Program-made: the position numbers and the translations under genes
In this document: positions 47,701-59,233 of the stretch, in pieces
Numbering within the stretch: position 1 is the stretch's first letter
Layout of the letters: each line of letters begins with the position of its first letter
Origin: Felis catus
Taxonomy: Eukaryota
Assembly: GCF_018350175.1 (NCBI RefSeq)
Contig: NC_058381.1
Span: 2,046,001 to 2,110,000 of the forward strand
DNA: 64,000 nucleotides
Reading direction: 5' to 3'
Notes under the pieces: model-generated
What the model was told of the DNA's origin: nothing
Database searches by the model: none
Seen by the model: the letters and a program-made list of their open reading frames with translations, nothing else

Positions 47701-47850
47701 GCATCAGACTTCAGCTCTGGTCATGATCTCACAGTTCATGGGTTCGAGCCCCGCGTCGGGCTCAGTGCTGTCGGCGCAGAGCCCGCTTCAGATCCTCTGC
47801 CCCTCCCCTGCTCACGCTCTCTCTCAAAAATAAAAACATTAAAAAATAAA
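44786..47850. mobile_element. Dense SINE cluster plus antisense carnivore L1 3' end (about 46680-47015)
   Basis: Several SINE heads; L1 tail nested inside a split SINE (46626-46660 and 47045-47195). Confidence 0.75.
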
Positions 47851-48074
47851 TATTATAGGTGAACACCAAAATGGCCACTGGTCCACCACAGAGAATGGCC
47901 AGATCCCCCAGGGCGCATCCATGCTTGGGAACTCTCGATGCCAAATTCCACGAGGCAGAACTTGTCAGGGAGCCGGCGAGACTGGGTGCGGGGCCACAAA
48001 ATCAAAAGAAGCCAGAGCGAAATGCCACGTGGCACCCAGGCACGAATGCAGGAAACCCCCTGACGGGAAACCTG

Positions 48075-48552
48075 GCTCGGGTCATTTTATGCGTCCACTT
48101 GACCGGACCCCAGGGTGCCAGTCAGACACCATTGTGGGCGTGTCTGTGCTCGGGATAGGGTGAACACTGGAATTGGTAGAGCAGGTCGGGCTAAGCCCCC
48201 GGCTAGAATAAACAGTGGGCCCTCCCGGAAGGAAGAGAACCTTCTCCCTGCCTGACCCCCTTCTCCCTGCAACATCAGCTGGCACCGGAAGGGAACATCC
48301 ACTCTTCCCGGGTCGTGAGCTCACCGCCTTCACCTGGAACCGCATCATGGGCTCCCCTGGGTGCCCGGGCTGTGGATTCACACTGGAATTGTCACCACTG
48401 GCTCTCCGGGGGGTCCGGCTCGCCTGCACACCCGCAGGACTCGTCAACCTCCATAATCGCACGAGCCAAATCCTTATAACAAATCTCTTTAATAAGTGAT
48501 GCACACACATACGTCCACATCCGACTGGTTCTTTGGAGAGCCCTGACTAATC
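48075..48552 (+). mobile_element. ERVL LTR remnant (MLT2-like)
   Basis: ttttatgcgtccacttgac start; gagccaaatccttataacaaatctct..tggagagccctgactaat end. Confidence 0.7.
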
Positions 48553-49410
48553 CTCTGGGCACGATAGTTAACTCTGGGAGAAGGCGGGGGAGTGAGGGGC
48601 CTCCCTGGGTGTGTGTGTGTGAGAGAGAGAGAGAGGGAGAGAAACACTTTTTACTAAGACCATATATTATTTTAGTAAAAATAAAACAGCCAATTGTTTA
48701 AAGGCCCTCTTAATATCGCCTTCAGGATGATCTTGGAAGGGTGAAGTTCAGGCACCGTGGAAGCAGCCAGTGACACCCTGTGCTGGGGAAATGTCTAGAT
48801 CTCTTACGGTCCAGAGAGGAGCAGTCACAGTGGACACAGGGCACAGAGGCTTCCCGACCTGCCTCCCCTTAGAGAGTATTTTCCACGGGCCCCCAGGCAG
48901 CTGGGCCACAGCTCCCGGGCTGGCGGGGGGGGGGGGGGGGGGGGGGGGGGAGGGGGGGCTGTTGTTCCCCAAAACCTCTTCTGCAGGAGACCCCCCCCCC
49001 ACTGCCAAGGATTTGGGGGGTGGAGGGTGCTGTTTCCAGGGGCTGCGTCCCGCTGAGCGGCTCGGCTCCAAGCCCCCCTCCCCTCCCTGACCCATGTCCC
49101 TTGGGATGGGGTCCCCAGGAGCAGCTGGCTCGGACTGAACCTGTCTCTTCCGGACCCCCCACCCCTTCTTTGCTCCCCACCTCTTCCCAGCTCCCAACGA
49201 CCAGTCCACACAGTTTCAAGCCATTTCTTCTTCCCCTATTGAGCGGCCTGAGAATGATAATCGTGAGGGTGACTTGCTGAAGGAGGCGGGACCTCAGCAT
49301 CTCCAGGGCGGTGATGCCCCCCCCACCCGCTCCGCCCCTCCCCAGGCCTCTATTTTTCCTTTCCTCAAAATCCTCCGGTGAGCTGGGGGGCGGGGCAGGG
49401 GGCGGGGCTT

Positions 49411-49567
49411 CTAACCCGTGATGTTCTGCCTCATCTCGCACACCCAGCGCTGCACCTGCTGGCAGAAATTGTCATTCCAGCGGCCATTGGAGCGGACTTC
49501 CGCGCAGTCTTCGCCTCCTCCCACCTCGTGGCCCTGCCAGTCGTCTGGCTGAGTGGCGGCCCAGTTC
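49411..49567 (-). CDS. ASGR2: ASGR2 CRD exon 3 (last)
   Basis: [38 protein letters not shown]. Confidence 0.95.
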
Positions 49568-52500
49568 CTAGGAAGGCAGGCTAGAGCTCAGGCTTTGACC
49601 CCTACCTACCCCTGCAGCCCTCACCCCCCCCCCCCCCCCAGCCCCCAGCTCAAGAAAAGCACATCCCGAGGAGGGGGCCAGGAGCGCACGCTGCAGCCTT
49701 GGAGGTTGGGAACCTGGGAGGGGGAGGCCTGGGGACTCTGGTCCCCGAGGGAAGGGTGGGAGTGGCTGGCCCCAGGCCAAACGAAGGAGGACGAGGGGGG
49801 AGCCACTTACTTGTAGCCATGATTATAGTCCGTGCCATCCACCCACTTCCACGAGCCATCGCTGTCCGTGAGCCCTATCCAGGCATCAAAGGGGTTTATG
49901 TGCTGTGAAATGAACTTCTGGAAAACAGGTGGTGTGACAAGTAAGGGAGATGATTCATTTCCAGAAGTACCAACTAAAAAGCTGGGCTATCTGGTTAACA
50001 GGAGTTTCCGGCTTATTGGAAATCTGCACGGACCTCCCCACTCCCACAGTGGGGTCCCAAACCCTTAGACACCTCACTTCCTCGTTCTCCCACCCTCCCG
50101 CCAGCCTCCGTTTCGCAGGATTCTTTTTCAAAAGCTTTGCAATGAGCACGCGCCACCGAACTGACGTCTCTGCGTCGCCCCAGGGAACGTCCACTCGTTC
50201 TAATCAGACTAGTTGTGCCTCCCGTGGGCGGGCCCAGGCCACGTCGGCGTAAGGCTGTACCCTCTGTAGCACGCAGCCAATGAGGAAGCAGGGGAGGGAC
50301 TTCAGCTCGGAGATAAATCGTCTGCTGTCACCGCTCCGAGTGCGCCTGTCCGGCAGACGCCCCCTCTTGTAGGAACGTTGATCAGAGCCTCGCTTCACTG
50401 CGCTCGGAGTCTCCGCGTCCCCGCTTAGGTTGGGGCAGCGGGCTTGTGTCTCACAAGCGGGGAGGAAGTTTCTAGTCCCTGGGACCTCCATTCAGGCCAT
50501 AGCTGTGACTCCTTGAGTCTTCTGCAGCTCGATCTGAAGCACCAGCTCCCAGCACAGCTATTCCTGTCTTTCCTTCTGTAACTGGAGTTATTATTTGGTG
50601 GACGTTGGCTGGGCTAAACGTCGTGCTAAGTGCTTTACGAAGATTCTCTTATCTGATCCTTACAAAGTCTCTAAATTGGGCGTCCTAGGTTCCTAGGACC
50701 TGGTTTAGGCGTTCCTAAACCAGGTTAAGGAACTTGAGGTAGCTGCAGAGCCCAGGAAGTCCAGTGTCCAGGGGTGGGGAGGTGGGGGAGGTGGGGGGGG
50801 TGGGGGGGTGGGATCTCCGCCCCCTGACCTGACGCCCATTTCATTCCCAGCTCACAGCTGCTACTCTGACTCAAGCCCTTTCCTTGTCTCCTACCCGTGA
50901 CCTCTGACTCTTGGAATTCTGATTCTGGCCCCTGCCCCTGCTGCCCCCATGGACCCCAACACCCATTCAGGATCTCAGTTTCAGGAGAACCCAGGTGGCT
51001 CAGTTGGCTAAGTATCCAACTTCGGCTCAGGTCATGATCGCACAGTCTGTGGGTTCGAGCCCCTTGTCAGTCTCTGTGCTGATAGCTCGGAGCCTGGAGC
51101 CTGCTTCCGGTTCTGTGTCTCCCTCTCTCCCTGCTCCTCCCCTGCTCGCGCTTTGTCTCTGTCTCTCTCTCTCAAAAATAAACATTTTTCAAAAACTTTT
51201 TAAAAGCAAAGAAGAGATGAATGATGTAAAATACCAGAGAAAATATCCAAGAAGAAAAATAATACGACGCTACGTGAAGGGAAGAAACCCAAGGAAGATT
51301 TGAGTTCTGCAAGAAAGCCCAGGAGCCCCGCAGAAAGCCGGGCGTCGAGTATAAACTATAGGCTTGGGGACAGGACCGCAAGGCAGAGGGAAAGAGAGAA
51401 AAACAAGAAGCAAAGGGCACAAGGTGGTGGCTGGGGACGGCACATCACAGAGGTATATTTGCATGACCCGTTCCAGAAAAAGAAAGAGCCCATGCAAGGA
51501 AAAAAAAATGTAATGTTCATGTATTTAAACATATGTTTAAAAAGTTAGAAAACCCAACTTGACGAATTAAGAGGACGCTCCTGACCTCGGAGCAAAACTC
51601 CCAAGAAGAAGAATCAACAACAAGATATGCCTGGATGAGGCTGGTGAGATTCAAGATAGCAAGGACTCCAACCACTCGGGGCAAAACACTTCCAGAATCT
51701 CGGGGAGACTAGAAGGAGGAGGCACTAACAACTTCAAAGTTGCCAAGAGACTAGATCTTAATTGCCGTCAACACAAAAAAGAAATGATTTTGTGACACGC
51801 TAAAGGTGTGAGCAAGGAGCAATCATATTGCAATGTGTAAATGTATCAAGCCCACACACTGTAGGCTTCAAACTTACACAATGTTACATGTCAATGATAT
51901 CTCAATTAAAAAGAAAAAAAAAAATGAGGCAGGGGCGCCTGGCTGGCTCAGCCAGTAGAGCATTGAATTCTTGATCTCAGGGTCATGAGTTTGAGCCCCA
52001 CACTGGACATGGAGCTACTTAAAAACGAACCCCCCCAAAAAAAACCAAAAATAAAAAAACAAGGCACATAGATAAGAATAAGTGGGCTGGTTTCCTCACC
52101 TTTCATATGGGAAGTTATATGAACTCGCTGATTTTTTCAATCCAATAAATTTCAGCCCATCATTTACATAATTTTAAATGCAATTTAGCAATTCGAAGTC
52201 ATCATTAGTATAATTAAAAATAAGCCAAGTCTAGGGGCACCCGGGGGGGGTTCAGTCGGTTAAGCATCTGACTTCCGCTAGGTCATGATCTCACAGTCTG
52301 TGAGTTCGAGCCCCGCGTCGGGCTCTGTGCTGACAGCTTGGAGCCCGGAGCCTGCTTCGGATTCTGTGTCTCCCTCTCTCTCTGTCCCTCCCCTGCTCGC
52401 ACTCTGACTCTCTCTCCGTCAAAAAAATAAATAAACATTAAAAGAAAGTTTAACAGAGTTTTGGGGTGTGAGACCAAGGTCACTATTTTTTAAACTCCTC

Positions 52501-55500
52501 CCGTGTAAAGGCTGGCATTATACATCCGAGGCTGAGAATCACCAATTTAAAACAGAGACTCCAAAAGCATGGACAGAGGCAGGTGAAGCAAATGCAAGGA
52601 AGAAGAAAGGAAGGACCATCTACTTTTATCCACATGCAAGGCCTGAAAGCAGACCCTGAGGGTCACGCCGTCACAAGGGCAGTCAGCCAGGGCCACCGCA
52701 AAGCTGGGGCCATCACGAACTTACTGTGGGTCAGAGCACAGAGCAGAGAGATCTCAGGTTGACCCACGTGAAACGGGCATTTTTTTTTCAAGTCAAAAGT
52801 GCTTGCACATGAGCAGTTTCAACCTGATCGGCAAAGCGAAATATGTTTGTAATTATTCTACCGTATAAATACATATATACACTGATAAATTTGATATATT
52901 AATATATATAAATTTGATACATTGGCATATTGATATAATATGTTGATATCTTTATATATGGGTTTTTTTATTTTTTTTTTACATTTATTTATTTTTGAGA
53001 GCCAGAGAGAGACAGAGCACAAGTGGGGGAGGGGCAGAGAGAGAGGGAGACACAGAATCCGAAGCAGGCTCCAGGCTCTGAGCCAGCAGCACAGAGCCCG
53101 ACGCGGGGCTCGAACCCACGAACTGTGAGATCGTGACCTGAGCCGAAGTCGGACGCTCAACCGACTGAGCCACCCAGGCGCCCCATATATATGTTGATAT
53201 ATAAACATACATAGTTGACATATTGATCAATGTCTATATGTTTGATATATTGATATCTTTATATATGTTGATATATAAATATATATGATATATTGATCAA
53301 TGTCTATACATTTGATATATTGGCATATTGGTATCTTTATATATGTTCGTATATAAATATATATATTTGCTATGTTGACCAATGTCTATATGTTTGATAT
53401 ATTGGCATATTGATATCTTTATATATGTTCATATATAAGTATATATATTTGATATATTGATAAGTATATATTCAATATACATATTCAGTAAATATATTCT
53501 GGCAATATGTCGAGTTGAAAACACTGGCTAAGGAGGTGAGCGAATCTGAATTCTGGCTCTGTCCTGCATTACGGGCAAGTCACTTGACCCCCCCCCTTTT
53601 TCTTAGTCCCCTCATCTCTGCCTCCCTCAAAGGGGGGTCCGAGCGCCCGCCCCATAGGGTCGTGAGGATTACAGGTTAACGCATGAAAACTCCTCGCACG
53701 CAGCAAAGACTCAATGACCGATCCCCGTCGTATCCTCCTTTTCAGAAAATCGCCCCCCCCCCCCCAATGGCTTGGTCCTCCCCTGGGAACACGTGTTCGC
53801 GGCTGTGGCTGGTGGCAGCGGTGGGCAGGGGAGACCTGAAGCGCTTTGGAGGGACCCAGGAACCCTGCCCACTCTGTCCCTTTCAGCCCATGACCGACCC
53901 CACCCCAAGTACAGCAAGAAGGGCCCCGGCGTCCACACTGTGCCGTCGGAGCACCTGTGCCCGAGCTCCTGGCGCTAACGTCCCACCTCTTAGAATCTGT
54001 GGCCGCTTCGCCATGAACTTCCCGGCGCTCGGCCACACCTCTGCTTCTGGACGCTTCCTTTGGTTAGAAAATAATACTAAAGCAGCCTGCCCAGCCCCCC
54101 GGGCATACCCTGGGCCGCGCTCACCTGCTCCTCCCTGGAGTTGACGACCACCAGGTGCGCGTTCTCCAGCCGGCAGTGCTTCTCGGCCTCCGGCCAGGTC
54201 TTCCCGGAGCGGGAGAACCAGTAGCAGCTGCCCTCGAACTCCAGCCAGTTGACCGGGCAGCATTCCGTGCCTGAGGGGCCGGGGGGCGCGGGGAGATGAG
54301 CCCCGGCAGGAGGGCACAGGCGCCCTGGGACCGGGGACCCCGTGCCCGGGCCCTACCGTTGCTCCGGAAGAAGGCCATCTGACAAGTCAGGATGCGCAGG
54401 TCCACGGGGAAGTGCTTCAGATGAAGGAGCAGGGTGGCGTGATCTAGGGCACCGGGCGACGGACACGGTGGGCATCGCGTGGCGGGCAGTGCCGGCGCCA
54501 GCCCGCCGGGACCCCACGCGGGAGTTCGCGCGCTCACGCATTCACGCTGCGCGCGCACCCACACGACGCACGCGCGCACGCGCGCACACCCCCCGGGGAG
54601 GGTCTCTGACCTGCTTCCAGGTCTTTCTGCTGTTTCTCCAGCTTGGCCTCCAGAGAGGTCAGCAGGTCACTGGCATTGCCCCCTGAAAAGGAAGAAAGCT
54701 CAAGCATTTTCCCTCCCCTCTGCCTCCACCCTGCGTCCCGGCCCCTGGCCTCCCCGCCTCCACCCCGTCCCCACAGCGGCTTCCTAAGCCTAAGCAGGGT
54801 CCCCACGTTCCCAAAACAGACCCGCCACTTCATTAGCAGGGCCTGCCGGCATGACCCCTCACCACTTAGCCCCCGCCTCCCAGGGTCTTCCTCACCTGCT
54901 GGCCTCGCAGCTTCTGTTCCCTCCACCCGGCACTAACCCCCACCCTCTGCACCTGCCTGATCATCCTTCCGGGTCCCTCCGCCCAGGGATCCCGTCCCTG
55001 GAAGCCTGGGGGCCCCCTACCCCCAGCACCCCAAACACGCCCCCCTCCTGCTTCCCCCGGGGAGGCGCCCCCTCACCATGCGAGCTGAGAGCGCCCATCT
55101 CCGTGAAGACGCCGGAGGAGAAGTGGCTGAAGTTCTCTTTCAGGATCCGCAGCTCCTCTTGAAGCTGGGCTCCTTGTCGGGGGAGAGGGACAGAAGGGAC
55201 AGGGCAAAGTGGAGCGGGCTGTGTCCCGAAGGACAGCCCCTCCCCGCCCCGGCCCCGCCCGGCCCCTGCGACCCTCACTCTGGGACCCGATGACGCAGAC
55301 GGCCACCAGCAGCAGGACGTTGAGGCCCAGGATGAGCAGACTGAGGCGGAGCCTGGAGCATAGACGCTGCAGCAGCCACGGCGGGCGAGGAGGGGGCCCT
55401 GGCGGAGAAGGGGCGTCAGAGGGAAGCGCCTGGGGCGCGGGAGGCCCACAGAGCGCACCGTGGGAGCACCGGGGGAGCGTAGCCACCGCCGGGAGGAGAG

Positions 55501-58500
55501 TGGGTGGGGGTAGCGGGGAGGGAGTCACTGGGCTTTGACCCCAGGGCTCAGGCCCTGCACACACCGCATCCGCACGCTCACCCCACGTGCACACGTGCCG
55601 CCGCAAGTGCACGGGGCGCGCGGTGTTCACGTCATCCGTGGGCAAAGCCCCGCTCTCGGACCCGGGGACCCGGAGGCTTGGACACGTCCCGCACCGGAAG
55701 AAGCCCCCCCCCACTTCAGTCCAGGTCATTCCACTGCAGACCGCGCCCTCCCAGCCCCTTGTCCGTTTCCTGCTGCACTCGACACCCCCCCCCCCCCCGA
55801 GTCCCTCCCTCCGCTGTGAACTCTCCCCTGTAGCCTCAGTCACCTCACAGAAACTCGGACCCCCACACACGGGCACCACGTTTCTCAGTTCACCCTCGCA
55901 CTCCTTGCACCCTGACTGCTGCCCACTCGCTGTTGCCCCCAGCGCAGCCCCCCATTCCGTCTGGCCCCCGCCACCCTCGCTTTGGGACCCGATCGCGCGG
56001 CCGGGCGCCGGCAGCGGGACGTGCAGGCCCAGGATGAGCACACACTCTCATGAGCACACGTTCTCGCACACTCTGTCACAAACACACCCCAGCTTCACAG
56101 GCACTGAGCTGGCTTCGCCCCGCCCAGCGTCCCCTGGCCTGGGGCAGCGCTGTCCTCCGGCCGAAGCCCCTGCTCAGGCACCTTCACCTGCAACAACACT
56201 TCTTTGCCTCACACCCCACTTTCCTCTGTCCCCATCGCCATGACACCTTGACACCCCTGCACCCTGGAGGGGTCGGGGGGGAGGTCAGCCAGAGGCCCGG
56301 AGGCTTCCTCCCCAGTCTCCCTCCTGCCACCATCCCGAAGTGGACACTCCCTGTGAGTGACCAGCCAGAACTCCTGAGATCCTGACTCCAATGACTGTCA
56401 CCTCCTCCCCTTCCCACTCGGGACTCCATCCTGAGCCAGGGAGGCCACGTCTCCACGCTCCACTGCGAACACAGCCTCCCCTGTGCCCGACACCCTCCCC
56501 CTCACGCCCTCCTGACGCCCGGGGCGTCTCTCCATCCAGAAGCTGTCCCTGACCGCAGTCTTCCCCAGCCAGGTAGGTTCCCGGGGCTGAGTCCGACCGC
56601 TCTCTCCAACCCCGTCCGCTGCTCAGGCCCCCGTCCTGCTTCCCAGCCTGACCTAGGACCCATAGACCCCAATCCTGGGCGAGGGCGGCAACCCGTCCCC
56701 ACACCCCCGCTCAAATCAGACCGCCCGCGGCCGACACGGACAAGTCTTGGTGCCTCAACGTTCTCGTGCCCGCTTCTGTGAGGGACCCCAAATCGCCAGA
56801 CTCACAGAAGTCTAAGATGACGGTTGCCGGGGTCCAAGGAAATGGGGAGTCGCTGTTCGACGGGTACAAAGCTGCGTTTATGCAAGATGAGTAAGATCCG
56901 GACATCTGCCATACAGCTCCGTGCCCATAGCTCACAGCACGCTGTCGTGCCCCGAGCCGCTGGCTAAGAGGGTAGGACTCGGATTCAGGGTTCTTACCAC
57001 ATAAGAAACATGGAGGTCAGAAGACGAGCCACCTGACTGGATGGTTCTGAGAACACAATGAGGTCAAATATAAAAGGTGCTGCCCAGGCAAGTTTCAAGG
57101 TAAAAACCAAGGTCTGCCAGGGGCGCCTGGGTGGCTCAGTCGGTTAAGCATCCGACTTCGGCTCGGGTGGGGATCTCACAGTTTGTGAGTTTGAGCCCCG
57201 CGTCTGTATCTGTGCTGACAGCTCGGAGCCTGGAGCCCGCTTCGGATTCTGTGCCTCCCTCTCTCTCTACCCCTCCCTTGCTTGCACTCTGTTTCTCTCT
57301 CTCAAAAATAAATAAACATTAAAAAAAAAAAAGCAACGGTCTGCCAGACGTGGAAAAACAGAGGCTACATTCACCCACCCCGCCAGAAACAACCAAGATA
57401 TAAATCAGCCACCTCTCTCAAGACACTTGAACCTGAGGCAACAAAGGGCAAGGATCCGGGGAGACGGGGAAAATGATATGGGCCCCAGTGGTCACCTGCC
57501 TGCTTCTAGGAGACAGTTTTCAGGCCTTGGGCAGGGAGGGGAAATCCCAGCAGGGCCCAGCAGACTCTCCAAGCTGAAAAAGTGAGAGTTTGGGGAGACC
57601 ACAAGGGCAGAGTTCAGACAGGAGAGAGATGCCCAGAGAATTCTGGTCTGCGGAGGGCTGCACACTGATCAACACGTGCATGTCAGGAAAACTACCCAAG
57701 GCCAGGCAAGATCAAACCAACCTGGAAGGGCAAAGGAACCCTGTGTGGCACTCATACAGGACCGGGAATGGTACCTTGGGAGGGCTCCAGACCCGCCTGA
57801 CAAATCATAAAAGTGGGGACGCCTGGCTGTCTCAGCTGGAAGAGCACGTGACTCTTGGTCTGAGTCATGAGTTCAAGCCCTGAGTTGGGTATAGAGATTA
57901 CTAAAAAAAAAAAAAAATTAAATAAACTTAAAAAAATAAGGTAACAAATTTTCTTTTAAAAAATTCATAAAAGCAAAACCCAAAAGGATCAGATCGACTC
58001 CAAGTTGCTTGACTGCACCCCAGAACAAAGCTCAAGAATATTCAGAGGAGGGGCGCCTGGGTGGCGCAGTCGGTTAAGCGTCCGACTTCAGCCAGGTCAC
58101 GATCTCGCGGTCCGGGAGTTCGAGCCCTGCGTCGGGCTCTGGGCTGATGGCTCAGAGTCTGGAGCCTGTTTCTGATTCTGTGTCTCCCTCTCTCTCTGCC
58201 CCTCCCCTGTTCATGCTCTGTCTCTCTCTGTCCCAAAAAATAAATAAACGTTGAAAAAAAAAATTTTTTAAATAATAAAAAAAATTTTAAAAAAAGAATA
58301 TTCAGAGGAATATAACTATATCCAGCACACAACACAGTAAAGTTCACAATGTCTAGCCTGCACTCAAAGATTACCAGACATACAAAGAGGCAGGAAAACA
58401 CAACTTATGTTGAGGAGGTTCATAAATCTATCAACACCAAGCCAGAGGCACCTGTGTGGCTCAGTCACTCACACGTGACTCTTGATTTTGGTTCAAGTCA

Positions 58501-58569
58501 TGATCTCATGGTTCATGGGTTCAAGCCCCATATTGGTCTCTGCACTGACAGCTAGGAGCCTGCTTGGGA

Positions 58570-58601
<32 letters not shown>

Positions 58602-59233
58602 CCCCCTCCCTCATTCAGGGGGTCTCTCTATCTCTCTCAAAGTAAATAAATAAATCTAAAAAAAAATCCAGAATGGATGCAGACATTAGAATTAGCAGAC
58701 AAGGGCATTAAAACAGATATTGTAAAAATATTCTAGATGCTTAAAAATGTAACTACAGGGGCACCTGGGGGCTCAGTCAATTAAGCATCTGACTTCGGCT
58801 CAGGTCATGATCTCACAGTTTGTGAGTTCGAGCCCAGCATCGGGCTCGGTGCTGACAACTCGGAGCCTGGATCCTGCTTCGGATTCTGTGTCTCCCTCTC
58901 TCTCTGCCCCTCCCCCACTAGTACTCTGTCTCTTTCTCTCTCAAAAATAAATAAATATTAAAAATTTTTTTAATAATAAAAAATGTAAGTACACATCAAA
59001 GAAGATACTTAAAAAGTCCCGCCTCTGTGAAAGGGACAGAGGCCTCGGGGAGACAGAGCAATCAGCAGCTGGGGGAGAGGGAGCAAAGCCCGGGAAGCTG
59101 GGCGCTCACCTGCGTGGAAGGGGTCTTCTCTCCTGGGGTTGTGCCCATGACGGCCCGGCCCCTCCCCTCCACCCGGCTGGTGGTCGTTTCCCTCGGAGTC
59201 CAGCTGCTGGATGTTTTGAAAGTCCTTGGCCAT
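49411..59233 (-). CDS. ASGR2: Asialoglycoprotein receptor 2 (hepatic lectin H2), spliced CDS, 302 aa
   Basis: complement join(59233..59110,55398..55279,55172..55077,54682..54611,54443..54357,54270..54125,49917..49811,49567..49411)=909 nt; [12 protein letters not shown]-terminus, [10 protein letters not shown] neck, QPD/WND CRD. Confidence 0.96.
49811..49917 (-). CDS. ASGR2: ASGR2 CRD exon 2
   Basis: [31 protein letters not shown]. Confidence 0.95.
50985..52445 (+). mobile_element. SINEs and L1 fragments in the ASGR2 intron
   Basis: SINEs at about 50985-51200, 51932-52045 and 52233-52445; L1 3' end about 51690-51920. Confidence 0.75.
52860..53500. repeat. AT-rich degenerate tandem repeat (70-82 bp period) with a SINE inserted at about 52965-53184 (-)
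   Basis: caatgtctata recurs at 53228, 53298 and 53380. Confidence 0.8.
54125..54270 (-). CDS. ASGR2: ASGR2 CRD exon 1
   Basis: [25 protein letters not shown]. Confidence 0.95.
54357..54443 (-). CDS. ASGR2: ASGR2 neck exon (87 nt)
   Basis: [28 protein letters not shown]. Confidence 0.94.
54611..54682 (-). CDS. ASGR2: ASGR2 neck exon (72 nt)
   Basis: [23 protein letters not shown]. Confidence 0.92.
55077..55172 (-). CDS. ASGR2: ASGR2 neck exon (96 nt)
   Basis: [19 protein letters not shown]..; AAG acceptor. Confidence 0.9.
55279..55398 (-). CDS. ASGR2: ASGR2 TM exon
   Basis: [31 protein letters not shown]. Confidence 0.93.
55963..56043 (-). pseudogene. Decayed partial duplicate of the ASGR2 TM exon (pseudo-exon)
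   Basis: 66/81 ungapped identity to 55261-55341; donor GT mutated to GC. Confidence 0.85.
56790..58985 (+). mobile_element. Old L1 fragments with five inserted SINEs, including a young one at 58050-58293
   Basis: TSD aagaatattcagagga at 58034-58049 and 58294-58309. Confidence 0.75.
59110..59233 (-). CDS. ASGR2: ASGR2 coding exon 1
   Basis: [23 protein letters not shown], donor gtgag. Confidence 0.92.

Noticed and set aside
48925-48950. Long G and C homopolymers (also about 2727-2746 and 3667-3686) and a G-run at 50771-50812 as functional G-quadruplexes
   Set aside because: Non-coding simple tracts that are common and error-prone in length; no independent support.
55073-56041. 322-aa ORF as a novel protein
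   Set aside because: It stitches the pseudo-exon, GC-rich intron and real TM exon, lacks an ATG start and runs out of frame into the next exon.
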